IMG/VR virus record: IMGVR_UViG_3300027503_000009
DNA length: 64,000 bases
From: a virus
Direction: 5' to 3' (one strand)
A program made the translations under genes and the position numbers. Below the pieces are notes generated by a model. The model searched no databases, was not told the origin of the DNA, and saw only the letters and a list, made by a program, of their open reading frames with translations. Shown here piece after piece: positions 18,509 to 27,316 of this stretch (position 1 is its first letter; the number at the start of each line of letters is the position of its first letter).

Positions 18509-21500
18509 TTACTCCGAAATTAAAAATGCGTTCCAATCTGCTGCACCATTTACAGATGTGATATCTATTCTTAATAGATCTCCAGCAGTTAAACCTGAAT
18601 TCGTAAATGAAGTAGTTGTTACTACGTTATTACCAGTAGTTAAAGTTATAGTAACAACAGTTGTTGGGAAAGTTGAACCATTATTCGATGATTTTAGAAT
18701 TGATACTACAAAAGACCCGCCTGTAGGAGCAGTTTTTGCTGTCAGTATTGCATTAGTTGCTGTTGAAGTGTATGGAACATACAAATATGGTGTAACGCTA
18801 TTTGCAATAGTTGGTGTTCCACTTCCACCAAAAGTGAAAGTGGATTTAGTTAATCCTGTAGCTCCAGTGAAACCAGTTGCTCCAGTGAATCCAGTGGCCC
18901 CAATAAATCCAGTAGCACCAATGAAACCTGTAGCTCCAGTAAATCCAGTAGAGCCTATGAATCCTGTGTCACCTTGTAATCCAGTTGCACCTATAAATCC
19001 AGTAGCACCAATGAAACCTGTAGCACCAATAAATCCAGTAGCACCAATGAAACCAGTTGCTCCTTGTAAACCAGAACCCGTCGCACCTATAAATCCAGTG
19101 GCACCAATGAAACCAGTTGCTCCAGTAAATCCAGTAGAGCCTATGAATCCTGTGTCACCTTGTAATCCAGTTGCACCTATAAATCCAGTAGCACCAATGA
19201 AACCTGTAGCTCCAGTAAATCCAGTAGAACCAATGAAACCAGTTGCTCCTTGTAAACCAGAACCCGTCGCACCTATAAATCCAGTAGCACCAATGAATCC
19301 AGTTGAACCTGTAAATCCTGTCGCACCTGTGAATCCAGTTGCACCTATAAATCCAGTAGCACCTATAAATCCAGTAGCACCAATAAAACCTGTAGATCCT
19401 TGTAATCCAGTTGCACCAATGAAACCAGTTGCTCCAGTAAATCCTGTGGCTCCAATGAATCCTGTAGATCCAATGAATCCAGTTGCACCTATAAATCCAG
19501 TAGCACCTATGAATCCAGTAGCACCTATAAATCCAGTAGCACCAATAAAACCTGTAGAGCCTATGAATCCAGTAGCACCAATAAAACCTGTAGATCCTTG
19601 TAATCCAGTTGCACCAATGAAACCAGTTGCACCTATAAATCCAGTAGCACCAATGAATCCTGTGTCACCTTGTAATCCAGTTGCACCTATAAATCCAGTA
19701 GCACCAATAAAACCTGTAGATCCGTGTAATCCTGTAGCACCAATAAAACCTGTAGCACCAATGAATCCTGTGGCTCCTGTGAACCCTGTTGATCCTATAA
19801 ATCCTGTGGCTCCTATGAAACCAGTTGATCCTATAAATCCTGTAGCTCCAATTAATCCAGTTGCACCAGTCAATCCAGTTGCACCTTGGAATCCAGTTAC
19901 TGCTGAAATTACAGATAAGAATAATTCATGATTATCTGTAAAATTCGAAGAACCACCGCTTGCAATTAATGTTACTGTAAAATCATAATATGCCGTAGAA
20001 GTTCCTATATTATTTCCAGTAACAGCAGTGATTTCCCAAGTTTGATAATTTTCGCTTACATTGCGATCTTGAATAATAAATCTTTGAGTCGATTTTAATA
20101 GACCCAAAATAATTTCAATATCTGTTAAATCGCTAGTTAAATGTGAAATATATATGTGTGTTGAACTAGTTTGGGTAGAGTTATTCCAAACAATAAATCC
20201 ATCACCAGGATATGCATTTGATTGAGTACTCGTCTCAGCAAGATAATAAAATAAACTTGTACTTTGTCCAGCGGGGCCAGTAAGACCAGTAGCACCTATG
20301 AAACCTGTAGATCCTTGTAAACCAGAACCTGTAGCACCAGTAAGTCCTGTCACCCCTGTAGCACCAGTGAAACCTGTGGCTCCAGCGAAACCTGTAGCAC
20401 CAGTAAGTCCTGTCACCCCTGTGGCTCCAGTGAAACCTGTGGCTCCAGTGAAACCTGTGGCTCCAGTGAAACCTGTGGCTCCAGTAAGACCAGTTAAACC
20501 AGTAGAACCGATAAATCCAGTTGAACCAGTTAAACCAGTAGAACCGATAAATCCAGTTGAACCAGTTAAACCAGTAGCACCAATGAAACCTGTAGCGCCA
20601 ATGAAACCAGTTGCACCTATAAATCCAGTTAAACCAGTAGCACCAATTAAACCTGTAGCGCCAATAAAACCAGTTGCACCTATAAATCCAGTAGATCCAG
20701 TTAAACCAGTAGAACCGATAAATCCAGTTAAACCAGTTGAACCTTGGAAACCTGTAGATCCCTGTAATCCAGTAGATCCAGTTAAACCAGTAGAACCGAT
20801 AAATCCAGTTAAACCAGTTGAACCTTGGAAACCTGTAGATCCCTGTAATCCAGTAGATCCAGTAAATCCTATACCTGTAGCACCAATAAATCCTACACCA
20901 GTAGCACCTTGATAGCCAGTAACACCTTGTAGTCCTGTTGCACCAGTAAATCCAGTAATACCTTGTGGTCCTGTTGCACCAGTAAATCCAGTAGCTCCAT
21001 CCGAACCAACATAACCTGGAGTTCCAGTAGCACCTTGATACCCAATAACACCTTGTGGTCCTGTTGCACCAGTGAATCCAGTAGCACCAATTGGACCTGT
21101 ATCACCAATATCACCAGTTCTTGCAAATGATATTACTATTTCAGTATTTCCAGATAAATTATCCATTGATCCAGAAATATATGATGATGGGACGTTAAAA
21201 TAACTATCACCATGAGTATGCGTTCCTGTTATAGCAAATAATGCATAACTAGCAGGATTGACCTTTTCTGATATTGTAAAATGGCCTTTAATTAATGATG
21301 TTGAATCATCAATTGATTGTAGGAAATTATAAACCGAAACAGAATTAGCATCTGTTTGGTTAATATACATTTCAGTAACTGAAAAGAAGTTTAAATTATT
21401 AAATCTTAATTTCCCTGATCCTGGATTACCAATGATAGTAAAATCATCGTAAATGTAATCAAAAGATGCACCACCAAAAGATCCTGCTGGTCCTTGCGCT

Positions 21501-21841
21501 CCTGTCGCTCCAATTAATCCAGTTGCACCAGTAAATCCAGTAGCCCCCTGAAATCCAGTTGCACCATCTGAACCAACATAACCTGGAGTTCCAGTAGCAC
21601 CAGTAAATCCAGTAACACCTTGTGGTCCTGTTGCACCAGTGAATCCAATACCTGTTGCACCTATGAAACCTGTAGCACCCTGATAAGGATTATTTATTTG
21701 AATAACATTATTGTTATGATCTTTAGTGTAAAGAATTCTATCATTTAAATTTAAAGCTAATTCACCAATTTCTAATTGTAAATTAGTTGGTATTTTTCCA
21801 GGTTCAATACTTCTTTTTATTTTTATGATGTTTGATGGCAT
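18509..21841 (-). CDS. collagen-like fibre protein with Mtd_N-like N-terminal attachment domain
   Basis: N-terminal IKIKRS..PGKIP...L..GELALN..DR.LY; three Gly-X-Y tracts separated by two related globular domains; C-terminal beta-sandwich (L.AGD.LRIDI). Confidence 0.85.
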   Translation of the reverse strand: MPSNIIKIKRSIEPGKIPTNLQLEIGELALNLNDRILYTKDHNNNVIQINNPYQGATGFIGATGIGFTGATGPQGVTGFTGATGTPGYVGSDGATGFQGATGFTGATGLIGATGAQGPAGSFGGASFDYIYDDFTIIGNPGSGKLRFNNLNFFSVTEMYINQTDANSVSVYNFLQSIDDSTSLIKGHFTISEKVNPASYALFAITGTHTHGDSYFNVPSSYISGSMDNLSGNTEIVISFARTGDIGDTGPIGATGFTGATGPQGVIGYQGATGTPGYVGSDGATGFTGATGPQGITGFTGATGLQGVTGYQGATGVGFIGATGIGFTGSTGLQGSTGFQGSTGLTGFIGSTGLTGSTGLQGSTGFQGSTGLTGFIGSTGLTGSTGFIGATGFIGATGLIGATGLTGFIGATGFIGATGFIGATGLTGSTGFIGSTGLTGSTGFIGSTGLTGLTGATGFTGATGFTGATGFTGATGVTGLTGATGFAGATGFTGATGVTGLTGATGSGLQGSTGFIGATGLTGPAGQSTSLFYYLAETSTQSNAYPGDGFIVWNNSTQTSSTHIYISHLTSDLTDIEIILGLLKSTQRFIIQDRNVSENYQTWEITAVTGNNIGTSTAYYDFTVTLIASGGSSNFTDNHELFLSVISAVTGFQGATGLTGATGLIGATGFIGSTGFIGATGFIGSTGFTGATGFIGATGFIGATGLHGSTGFIGATGFIGATGLQGDTGFIGATGFIGATGFIGATGLQGSTGFIGATGFIGSTGFIGATGFIGATGFIGATGFIGATGFIGSTGFIGATGFTGATGFIGATGLQGSTGFIGATGFIGATGFIGATGFTGATGFTGSTGFIGATGFIGATGSGLQGATGFIGSTGFTGATGFIGATGFIGATGLQGDTGFIGSTGFTGATGFIGATGFIGATGSGLQGATGFIGATGFIGATGFIGATGFIGATGLQGDTGFIGSTGFTGATGFIGATGFIGATGFTGATGFTGATGLTKSTFTFGGSGTPTIANSVTPYLYVPYTSTATNAILTAKTAPTGGSFVVSILKSSNNGSTFPTTVVTITLTTGNNVVTTTSFTNSGLTAGDLLRIDITSVNGAADWNAFLISE
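18851..19894 (-). repeat. collagen-like tandem repeat tract 3 ([15 protein letters not shown])
   Basis: Direct reading; higher-order duplications visible. Confidence 0.9.
20265..21115 (-). repeat. collagen-like tandem repeat tract 2
   Basis: Direct reading; includes an 81 nt unit duplicated in tandem around 20690-20850. Confidence 0.88.
21482..21679 (-). repeat. collagen-like tandem repeat tract 1
   Basis: Direct reading of Gly-X-Y triplets. Confidence 0.85.
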
Positions 21842-21864
21842 TTAGAAATCTCTTACAGAAAAGA

Positions 21865-21872
21865 TATTTATA
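21865..21872 (-). promoter_or_regulatory. T4-type late promoter TATAAATA
   Basis: Exact match upstream of the 1110 aa collagen-like gene. Confidence 0.78.
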
Positions 21873-21881
21873 TATTATTTA

Positions 21882-22067
21882 TTACTTTTCTATATCAGAT
21901 ATTTTTTTACCAGTTACAAAAGTTGCTAATGCTGTAGAAAATGTTCTAAAAACGTCATTTCCCTCTGGGACTTTACAAAACATCATTATAATACCTAGTA
22001 AAGTAAAAAATGAAAATATAAAAATAATTGAACCTGATAAAGATAAAGTTTCCAATCTTCTTCCCAT
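21882..22067 (-). CDS. small membrane protein (holin-like topology)
   Basis: 61 aa; one strong hydrophobic segment, second amphipathic segment, charged C-tail; start overlaps gp15 stop. Confidence 0.5.
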   Translation of the reverse strand: MGRRLETLSLSGSIIFIFSFFTLLGIIMMFCKVPEGNDVFRTFSTALATFVTGKKISDIEK

Positions 22068-23050
22068 TAATAAGAACCCCCATCTATAACTAAATTATTT
22101 AATTCATTTGAAGATATCCATTTTTGTGTTGATAAATTATAAATTAAAACTGATCCATCATATAAATTTACAGTATCAACATCAAACAAATCATCTAATT
22201 TTAGATAAGTAACAACGCCTCCACCACCTCCACCCGAAGGACTAGTAGCACCACTTTCTGATGGTGGATTAGTTATAATTGTTGATGAATTATAATCATC
22301 AACAATAAATGTTTCTATTAATGTGTAATTATCATTTACACCAGCATTTGAGGGATTAACCTCAACACTATAATATTGTTTACCACCAGCACCTTCAACT
22401 GTGGTATCTACAATTGTATTTACAATTGCTTTTTTAATAATCTTACTATCTTTTACTGGTGGATATAAATTTGATTCAACGGTAAATTTTAAATCCCAAA
22501 TTAAAACTCTTCTATCCTCTACAGTTCCTTCATAATTATCTTGAGGATTTACGCTTTTTAATATAATAGGAATATCTTTTGAGATACCCATTGTATTATC
22601 TTCAATAATAGATATTGTGAATTGTGGTGTAAAATAAGGAACAATTTGTTCTAATATCATTAAACCATCATCCATATTTTTTGACATGATCCAAAGATCA
22701 AATGAAAAATCATATGGAACTGGATTATATTGAGATATTATATTATCTCTATTATCTGAACTTTTAAAGTTTTGATTTACAGTAGGTAATTTTCTACCTG
22801 ATGCATATTGTAAACCAGATAGTTCAAATCCCATTCTAGGAAGTGAAATTTCTGTTTGTCTGTTAGCTTCAGCATCTTGTTCTAATCTCGTTAACCATTT
22901 TTGTTTTGGTCCATAAGATAAAGGTACACGAATATCTTTAACTAAACTTCCAGAATTATCTTTTCTCTGGACGTGTAAGTTATTAAATAAAGTTCCAAAA
23001 ACTGAAACTAAACGTTTAATGTGTTCGTTATACCAAGTTTGTCCTAACAT
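22067..23050 (-). CDS. gp15: tail sheath stabiliser/terminator with C-terminal extension
   Basis: FGTLFNN, VPLSYGPKQKW, LPRMGFE, EQIVPYFTP motifs. Confidence 0.93.
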   Translation of the reverse strand: MLGQTWYNEHIKRLVSVFGTLFNNLHVQRKDNSGSLVKDIRVPLSYGPKQKWLTRLEQDAEANRQTEISLPRMGFELSGLQYASGRKLPTVNQNFKSSDNRDNIISQYNPVPYDFSFDLWIMSKNMDDGLMILEQIVPYFTPQFTISIIEDNTMGISKDIPIILKSVNPQDNYEGTVEDRRVLIWDLKFTVESNLYPPVKDSKIIKKAIVNTIVDTTVEGAGGKQYYSVEVNPSNAGVNDNYTLIETFIVDDYNSSTIITNPPSESGATSPSGGGGGGVVTYLKLDDLFDVDTVNLYDGSVLIYNLSTQKWISSNELNNLVIDGGSY

Positions 23051-23736
23051 TAGTTCTCTCTATTGAATTCACCAAATGGATTTTTTTCTGAGAAATCCAA
23101 TATTGTAGTAGACTTTTCTTCTAACTTCTCATTATCTGAGAAGTTTGGTTGATCTATTTGCAGTTCTTTTTCCAACTTCTCATTAATATTATCAATTTCA
23201 GGAATTCCAGTTTCAATCGTTTCGTCGGTAAATCTGTAAAGTTCGCAAGAAAGTTTCCAAACATACAAATCTCCCAATTGATATGTATTGCTGTATTCTT
23301 GATTTACATACATAACTTCCCAAAGTTTTCTAGTCAAATAAGGAATAAAAATTAAGTCGCCTTCTTCTGGACGCTTAAGTCTATCATCAAATTGAACTCT
23401 TCTTATTCCTGTTTGGAAGTTTCTGTTATATTCTTCATCAAAGCGTTTCTTGGAAACTAATAGTGTAAAAGTTTGTTTAATATCTAAACCGAATTTAGAA
23501 ATTAAGTTATCATTACTAGTAAAATCTTCTGTACTTTCCATGTACATTTCAATAGGAAACTTATTCTTATATTCAAGTAAAACATCTTCTCCAAAAATTT
23601 CATCTTTTTTAACAAAAGTTTTTGGGATATAATAACAATCAATACCATGCATTGCTATACATTCAGTTAGCAAATTGTCTAATAATTTCTGTTCACTTTT
23701 ATTTCTAAATTCATTGAAATATCTATTTGTAGGCAT
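23050..23736 (-). CDS. gp14: neck protein
   Basis: YYIPK...D.IFGED, SKFGL, PEEGDLIF, DFSEKNPFGE. Confidence 0.93.
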   Translation of the reverse strand: MPTNRYFNEFRNKSEQKLLDNLLTECIAMHGIDCYYIPKTFVKKDEIFGEDVLLEYKNKFPIEMYMESTEDFTSNDNLISKFGLDIKQTFTLLVSKKRFDEEYNRNFQTGIRRVQFDDRLKRPEEGDLIFIPYLTRKLWEVMYVNQEYSNTYQLGDLYVWKLSCELYRFTDETIETGIPEIDNINEKLEKELQIDQPNFSDNEKLEEKSTTILDFSEKNPFGEFNREN

Positions 23737-23739
23737 TTT

Positions 23740-24486
23740 TTATCCAATGAAGAAATTAATTGGTAATTGATATGTTGATTGACATTCTTGTTCTAACTTA
23801 TCAACTTCACCTACAGCTTCATCATATATTTTTTGACCATTTAGTTTAACACCACCTGGAAGTGAAACACCATCATATTTTTTTAAGTTATCACCCCATT
23901 GTTTTTTAAACAATGCAGTTGTATAATCTTTTAGCCATTTATCGTTATAAACTTTTGTAAATTGATCTGGATTAATAACTTTATATGTTTCAAAAATTAA
24001 ATAGTCGCCAGCAGAAACATCTCTTTCCCAATCCAAATCAATATGAATTCTTTGCTGGTGTCTGTTAAATCTTAATAGTTTTTCTTGATTGAATATAAAT
24101 TCAATAAATGACAAGTAATCTCTTGTCATATGATAACCCTGCATAGACATGGTACTACCAAATGTATACAAGTCATTTAATGCATACTGATATCTAAAGT
24201 CGAAGATATTACCTTTTGTAGCACCAAAACCACCTAAACGAATCATCTTTACAACTGAAATAATTGAATCATCAACAGTTACATATCTATTTGTAATATC
24301 CTGTGATGTCATTTGATATTTAAAATAATATCTGTCAGTAGCATCCATATGAAACTGTGTATAGTAATACATAGCATCATCAATGCGATCTTCTAATTGG
24401 TCTGGATCAACGTTTATTTCAATTACAGGAAATCCTAAACGACGAAGGCAATAATCCTTTAATTGTTCTCTTGATGCTGGTTGCAT
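23740..24486 (-). CDS. gp13: neck protein
   Basis: LRRLGFPVIEINV, WLKDYTTALFKKQWG.NL.K..G..LPGGV.LNG. Confidence 0.95.
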   Translation of the reverse strand: MQPASREQLKDYCLRRLGFPVIEINVDPDQLEDRIDDAMYYYTQFHMDATDRYYFKYQMTSQDITNRYVTVDDSIISVVKMIRLGGFGATKGNIFDFRYQYALNDLYTFGSTMSMQGYHMTRDYLSFIEFIFNQEKLLRFNRHQQRIHIDLDWERDVSAGDYLIFETYKVINPDQFTKVYNDKWLKDYTTALFKKQWGDNLKKYDGVSLPGGVKLNGQKIYDEAVGEVDKLEQECQSTYQLPINFFIG

Positions 24487-25142
24487 TAGATTTTAGTTAC
24501 CTCTGCATTTACTCTAATTTCACCTTCGAATAAACGTTTTACTGTTGTATCCGCAAGAGTTGCTTCTACATCATATACATAACGTCCTGGTTTTAGTGCA
24601 GCAGTTTGTACTGCTGTTAGTGATAATGTTACTTCGGATGTTGTTGTATTTGTTGAAACTGTAAGCGTTACCGCTGATGAACTAGATGGTGAATATCTTA
24701 ATTGTCCACGAACTGTTGCGCCAACTAAATTAATTAAAGCACCATTAATTCCAGCTTCTTTTTGAATTCTTGCTGTAGCTGTTGCTGTTGAACCTGAAGT
24801 TGGTGCTGAAATTGTTACTGATGGATTTGATGTATAACCATCACCTTTATTGACTATATAAATTTTTGTTACAGAACCACCAGAAATTTCTGCACCAGCA
24901 GTTGCAGCAGAACCACCACCCCCAGAAATTGTAATAGATGGAATAGAAGTATATCCATTACCCCCAGAAGTAATGGATATACTTTCTACATAACCTGTAA
25001 TTGTACCTAGATCAAGTGGTAAAAAATCTGTATTTTCTGTTATTGATCCATTATCTAATGAATATGGATTTGTTTCATATGCTAATAATTTAGTAGAAAA
25101 TGTTGAACCTTGATCTATGTTTAAATTTATTAGTCTTGCCAT
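24486..25142 (-). CDS. virion structural protein (Ig/BppU-like) with inserted GxGYTS.P module
   Basis: NLNIDQGSTF N-terminus and T..L..GRYVYDVE C-terminus typical of the gene preceding gp13 in non-coliphage T4-like viruses. Confidence 0.65.
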   Translation of the reverse strand: MARLINLNIDQGSTFSTKLLAYETNPYSLDNGSITENTDFLPLDLGTITGYVESISITSGGNGYTSIPSITISGGGGSAATAGAEISGGSVTKIYIVNKGDGYTSNPSVTISAPTSGSTATATARIQKEAGINGALINLVGATVRGQLRYSPSSSSAVTLTVSTNTTTSEVTLSLTAVQTAALKPGRYVYDVEATLADTTVKRLFEGEIRVNAEVTKI

Positions 25143-25143
25143 T

Positions 25144-25611
25144 TTACTTTAGTGTTGCTTTAAATGCTGTATATGCTAGATTGATTGCTGAATTTAACCA
25201 ATTATCGGGAATATCTGTTACATCACCAATCTTTTGTCCACCAATTTGTAGTCCTGCACTACCAGCAGCTAAAATAGCTTTCTTTAATTCTCCCTGAATT
25301 AAAAGTCTGGCTGCACCATTTAGATATGCTTGCTTTTCATATGAATTTAATGGTTGATTTAAATCAACTTCAACAGGCATATTTAACTTCTTAATCATAG
25401 CAACAATTTCATCATCAGCTTTTGATGGAGTCATTTTTGCAACTAATTCAACTGCTGGTAGAGCATATTGAATTAGTTGTGATACAGCAATCGCTGCACC
25501 TTCTACCTTTTTGAAAGAATCTCCAGAAAAGAAATTCTTTAATGCACTTACAATTTTATTAAAAAAACCAAGAATATTCATAATTATCTCCTTATGCCAA
25601 ATCTTCTTCAA
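25144..25611 (-). CDS. hypothetical amphipathic helical protein
   Basis: ORF; likely start at internal MNILGFF (GGAG SD upstream). Confidence 0.55.
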   Translation of the reverse strand: MKKIWHKEIIMNILGFFNKIVSALKNFFSGDSFKKVEGAAIAVSQLIQYALPAVELVAKMTPSKADDEIVAMIKKLNMPVEVDLNQPLNSYEKQAYLNGAARLLIQGELKKAILAAGSAGLQIGGQKIGDVTDIPDNWLNSAINLAYTAFKATLK

Positions 25612-25921
25612 ATCCCCAAACTGTTACATGTACAGTTGGTGATGCTGATGTTACATTTACATATAAGTATTTACCAGATTCTAAAACAATTCCAGATCTA
25701 GTATAACTATCTTTTGGATAAACTACTGCATCATATTCAATATATTCACCATTAACAACTGAAGTTCCTGCTTGTAATGAAATTCTTACTGTTGCATTAT
25801 TGGTATCAGAATTTGTAATATTGATAGTAAATGATGAAATTTTTCCAGCAGGAACTTGATAAATTTGAGTATTTGTATTTTGAGTACTAATATAAGTTGC
25901 TGCTAATCTACCTGAAGCCAT
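25592..25921 (-). CDS. small beta-rich putative virion protein
   Basis: MASGRL...IYQVP...YIEYD...RSGIVL...VWGFEE pattern; in late operon. Confidence 0.6.
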   Translation of the reverse strand: MASGRLAATYISTQNTNTQIYQVPAGKISSFTINITNSDTNNATVRISLQAGTSVVNGEYIEYDAVVYPKDSYTRSGIVLESGKYLYVNVTSASPTVHVTVWGFEEDLA

Positions 25922-25931
25922 ATTTTATTCC

Positions 25932-27122
25932 TTAATAAAGTTGTGTGATGCTTGTAAAATAACCACGTTTAGCTCTATTCCATCTTGCTGATGCTTTTGT
26001 TGATGTATGTGTTACAAAAATTTCATCACTTAATGGTTTATCTACATATTTAGTTCCATCAAAAACTAAGAAAGAATTTGGTTTTGGATCTAAAATAGGT
26101 TGCAAAATTGCTGGTGTTGTGGATGCTCCAGTTATAGTAATTGTTGGTGCAACTTCATATCGAGATCCAAAGTTTGTCATTGTAACGCCAGTAATAACAC
26201 CAGATGTAACTGTTAATGTAGCTGTTGCTGTTGTTCCGGAACTATCTACTTGTGATAAGTTTACAAATTCAAAACCGTCAGCAACTGATGTAGAAACAGA
26301 AGCTAAATTTGTTAAATTAAATGTTCCAACGATTGTATCTACAATAAATCTCTTATTTGCAGAATCATATGATGTAATTCTACCTGTTGCAGAACTCACT
26401 GAAGTCACAGAACTTAAAGTAACAGAAACATTTCCAGGAGAAGTTGTAGCTGAAGTATTAGTAAATGTTCCCTTTAAAACAGAAATTAAAATAGATGAGC
26501 CATTTTTCTGTATAATTCTTCCTTTAATAGTACCGGAAGATTGAGAAATTGTATCACCAACATAAACAGAACCTTCATTTGTAGTTGTTGCAGAAATAAC
26601 AATTTGTTTAATTGTTCCTGTTAAATTAGTAACAACATTTCCAGTCAAAGTATTTGTCAAATTAACATCTAAGTAAACTGATGTTGATGGAGATGAAAAT
26701 GCAATTGTTGGTGAAGTATAACCAGTACCACCATTAACAATCTGGACAGAAGTAACACTTCTACCAGCAGCAATCATGTTTCCTCTACGTTGTCCATTAA
26801 TTGTTGCATCAACAATTCTATTAGTTTTAACTCTCCATTGATCAAATGAATTATATTGATCTACATAATCATTTGCAGAAATTACAGCTTCACCAGCAGC
26901 ATTAGAACCATCACCAGTGATGGTAACAGCAGGAATAGAATTATATCCATATCCAGCATTAGTAATAACAATTTCCGTTATAATACCACCAGCAACTGTA
27001 GCTACAGCAGTTGCCTGAACACCAGATGTTGGTGGAGCAATACTAACTGTTGCTGTAGTATAACCACTACCAGCATTAGTAATATTTACATTTAAAACGT
27101 TACCTGAACTTAGTATGTTCAT
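25932..27122 (-). CDS. virion structural protein with GxGYT.AP modules and SFDQWRVKTN motif
   Basis: Repeated ITNAGSGYT modules; FDQWRVKTN motif common in T4-like fibre/baseplate-associated proteins. Confidence 0.6.
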   Translation of the reverse strand: MNILSSGNVLNVNITNAGSGYTTATVSIAPPTSGVQATAVATVAGGIITEIVITNAGYGYNSIPAVTITGDGSNAAGEAVISANDYVDQYNSFDQWRVKTNRIVDATINGQRRGNMIAAGRSVTSVQIVNGGTGYTSPTIAFSSPSTSVYLDVNLTNTLTGNVVTNLTGTIKQIVISATTTNEGSVYVGDTISQSSGTIKGRIIQKNGSSILISVLKGTFTNTSATTSPGNVSVTLSSVTSVSSATGRITSYDSANKRFIVDTIVGTFNLTNLASVSTSVADGFEFVNLSQVDSSGTTATATLTVTSGVITGVTMTNFGSRYEVAPTITITGASTTPAILQPILDPKPNSFLVFDGTKYVDKPLSDEIFVTHTSTKASARWNRAKRGYFTSITQLY

Positions 27123-27124
27123 TT

Positions 27125-27316
27125 TTATTTCTCGATTTTACTTAAAATTAATTCCAACATACTTTTTATTTCAACCATTTCTCTCTCTAATTTATTTATT
27201 CTTTCTTTTTCTTGTTTCTGTTTATTAAATTTATCTAAAGCGGTTCTGTCTGTTGAAAGAACCGCTTTAGAGTTTATATCACGAATTAGAGTAGAATTTT
27301 CTATTTGTATATTCAT
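27125..27316 (-). CDS. small conserved protein following DUF4815 gene
   Basis: LIRD..SKAV..TD then coiled coil ending EIKSMLELIL. Confidence 0.65.
   Translation of the reverse strand: MNIQIENSTLIRDINSKAVLSTDRTALDKFNKQKQEKERINKLEREMVEIKSMLELILSKIEK

Noticed and set aside
18558-20912. Plus-strand 457 aa and 204 aa PVAP-repeat ORFs
   Set aside because: Antisense shadows of the collagen tracts; no SD or promoter, opposite to the operon
18851-21115. Possible CRISPR array or DGR template suggested by dense repeats
   Set aside because: Repeats are in-frame 9/18-nt coding units without unique spacers; no cas or reverse transcriptase gene, and no adenine-specific TR/VR pair seen
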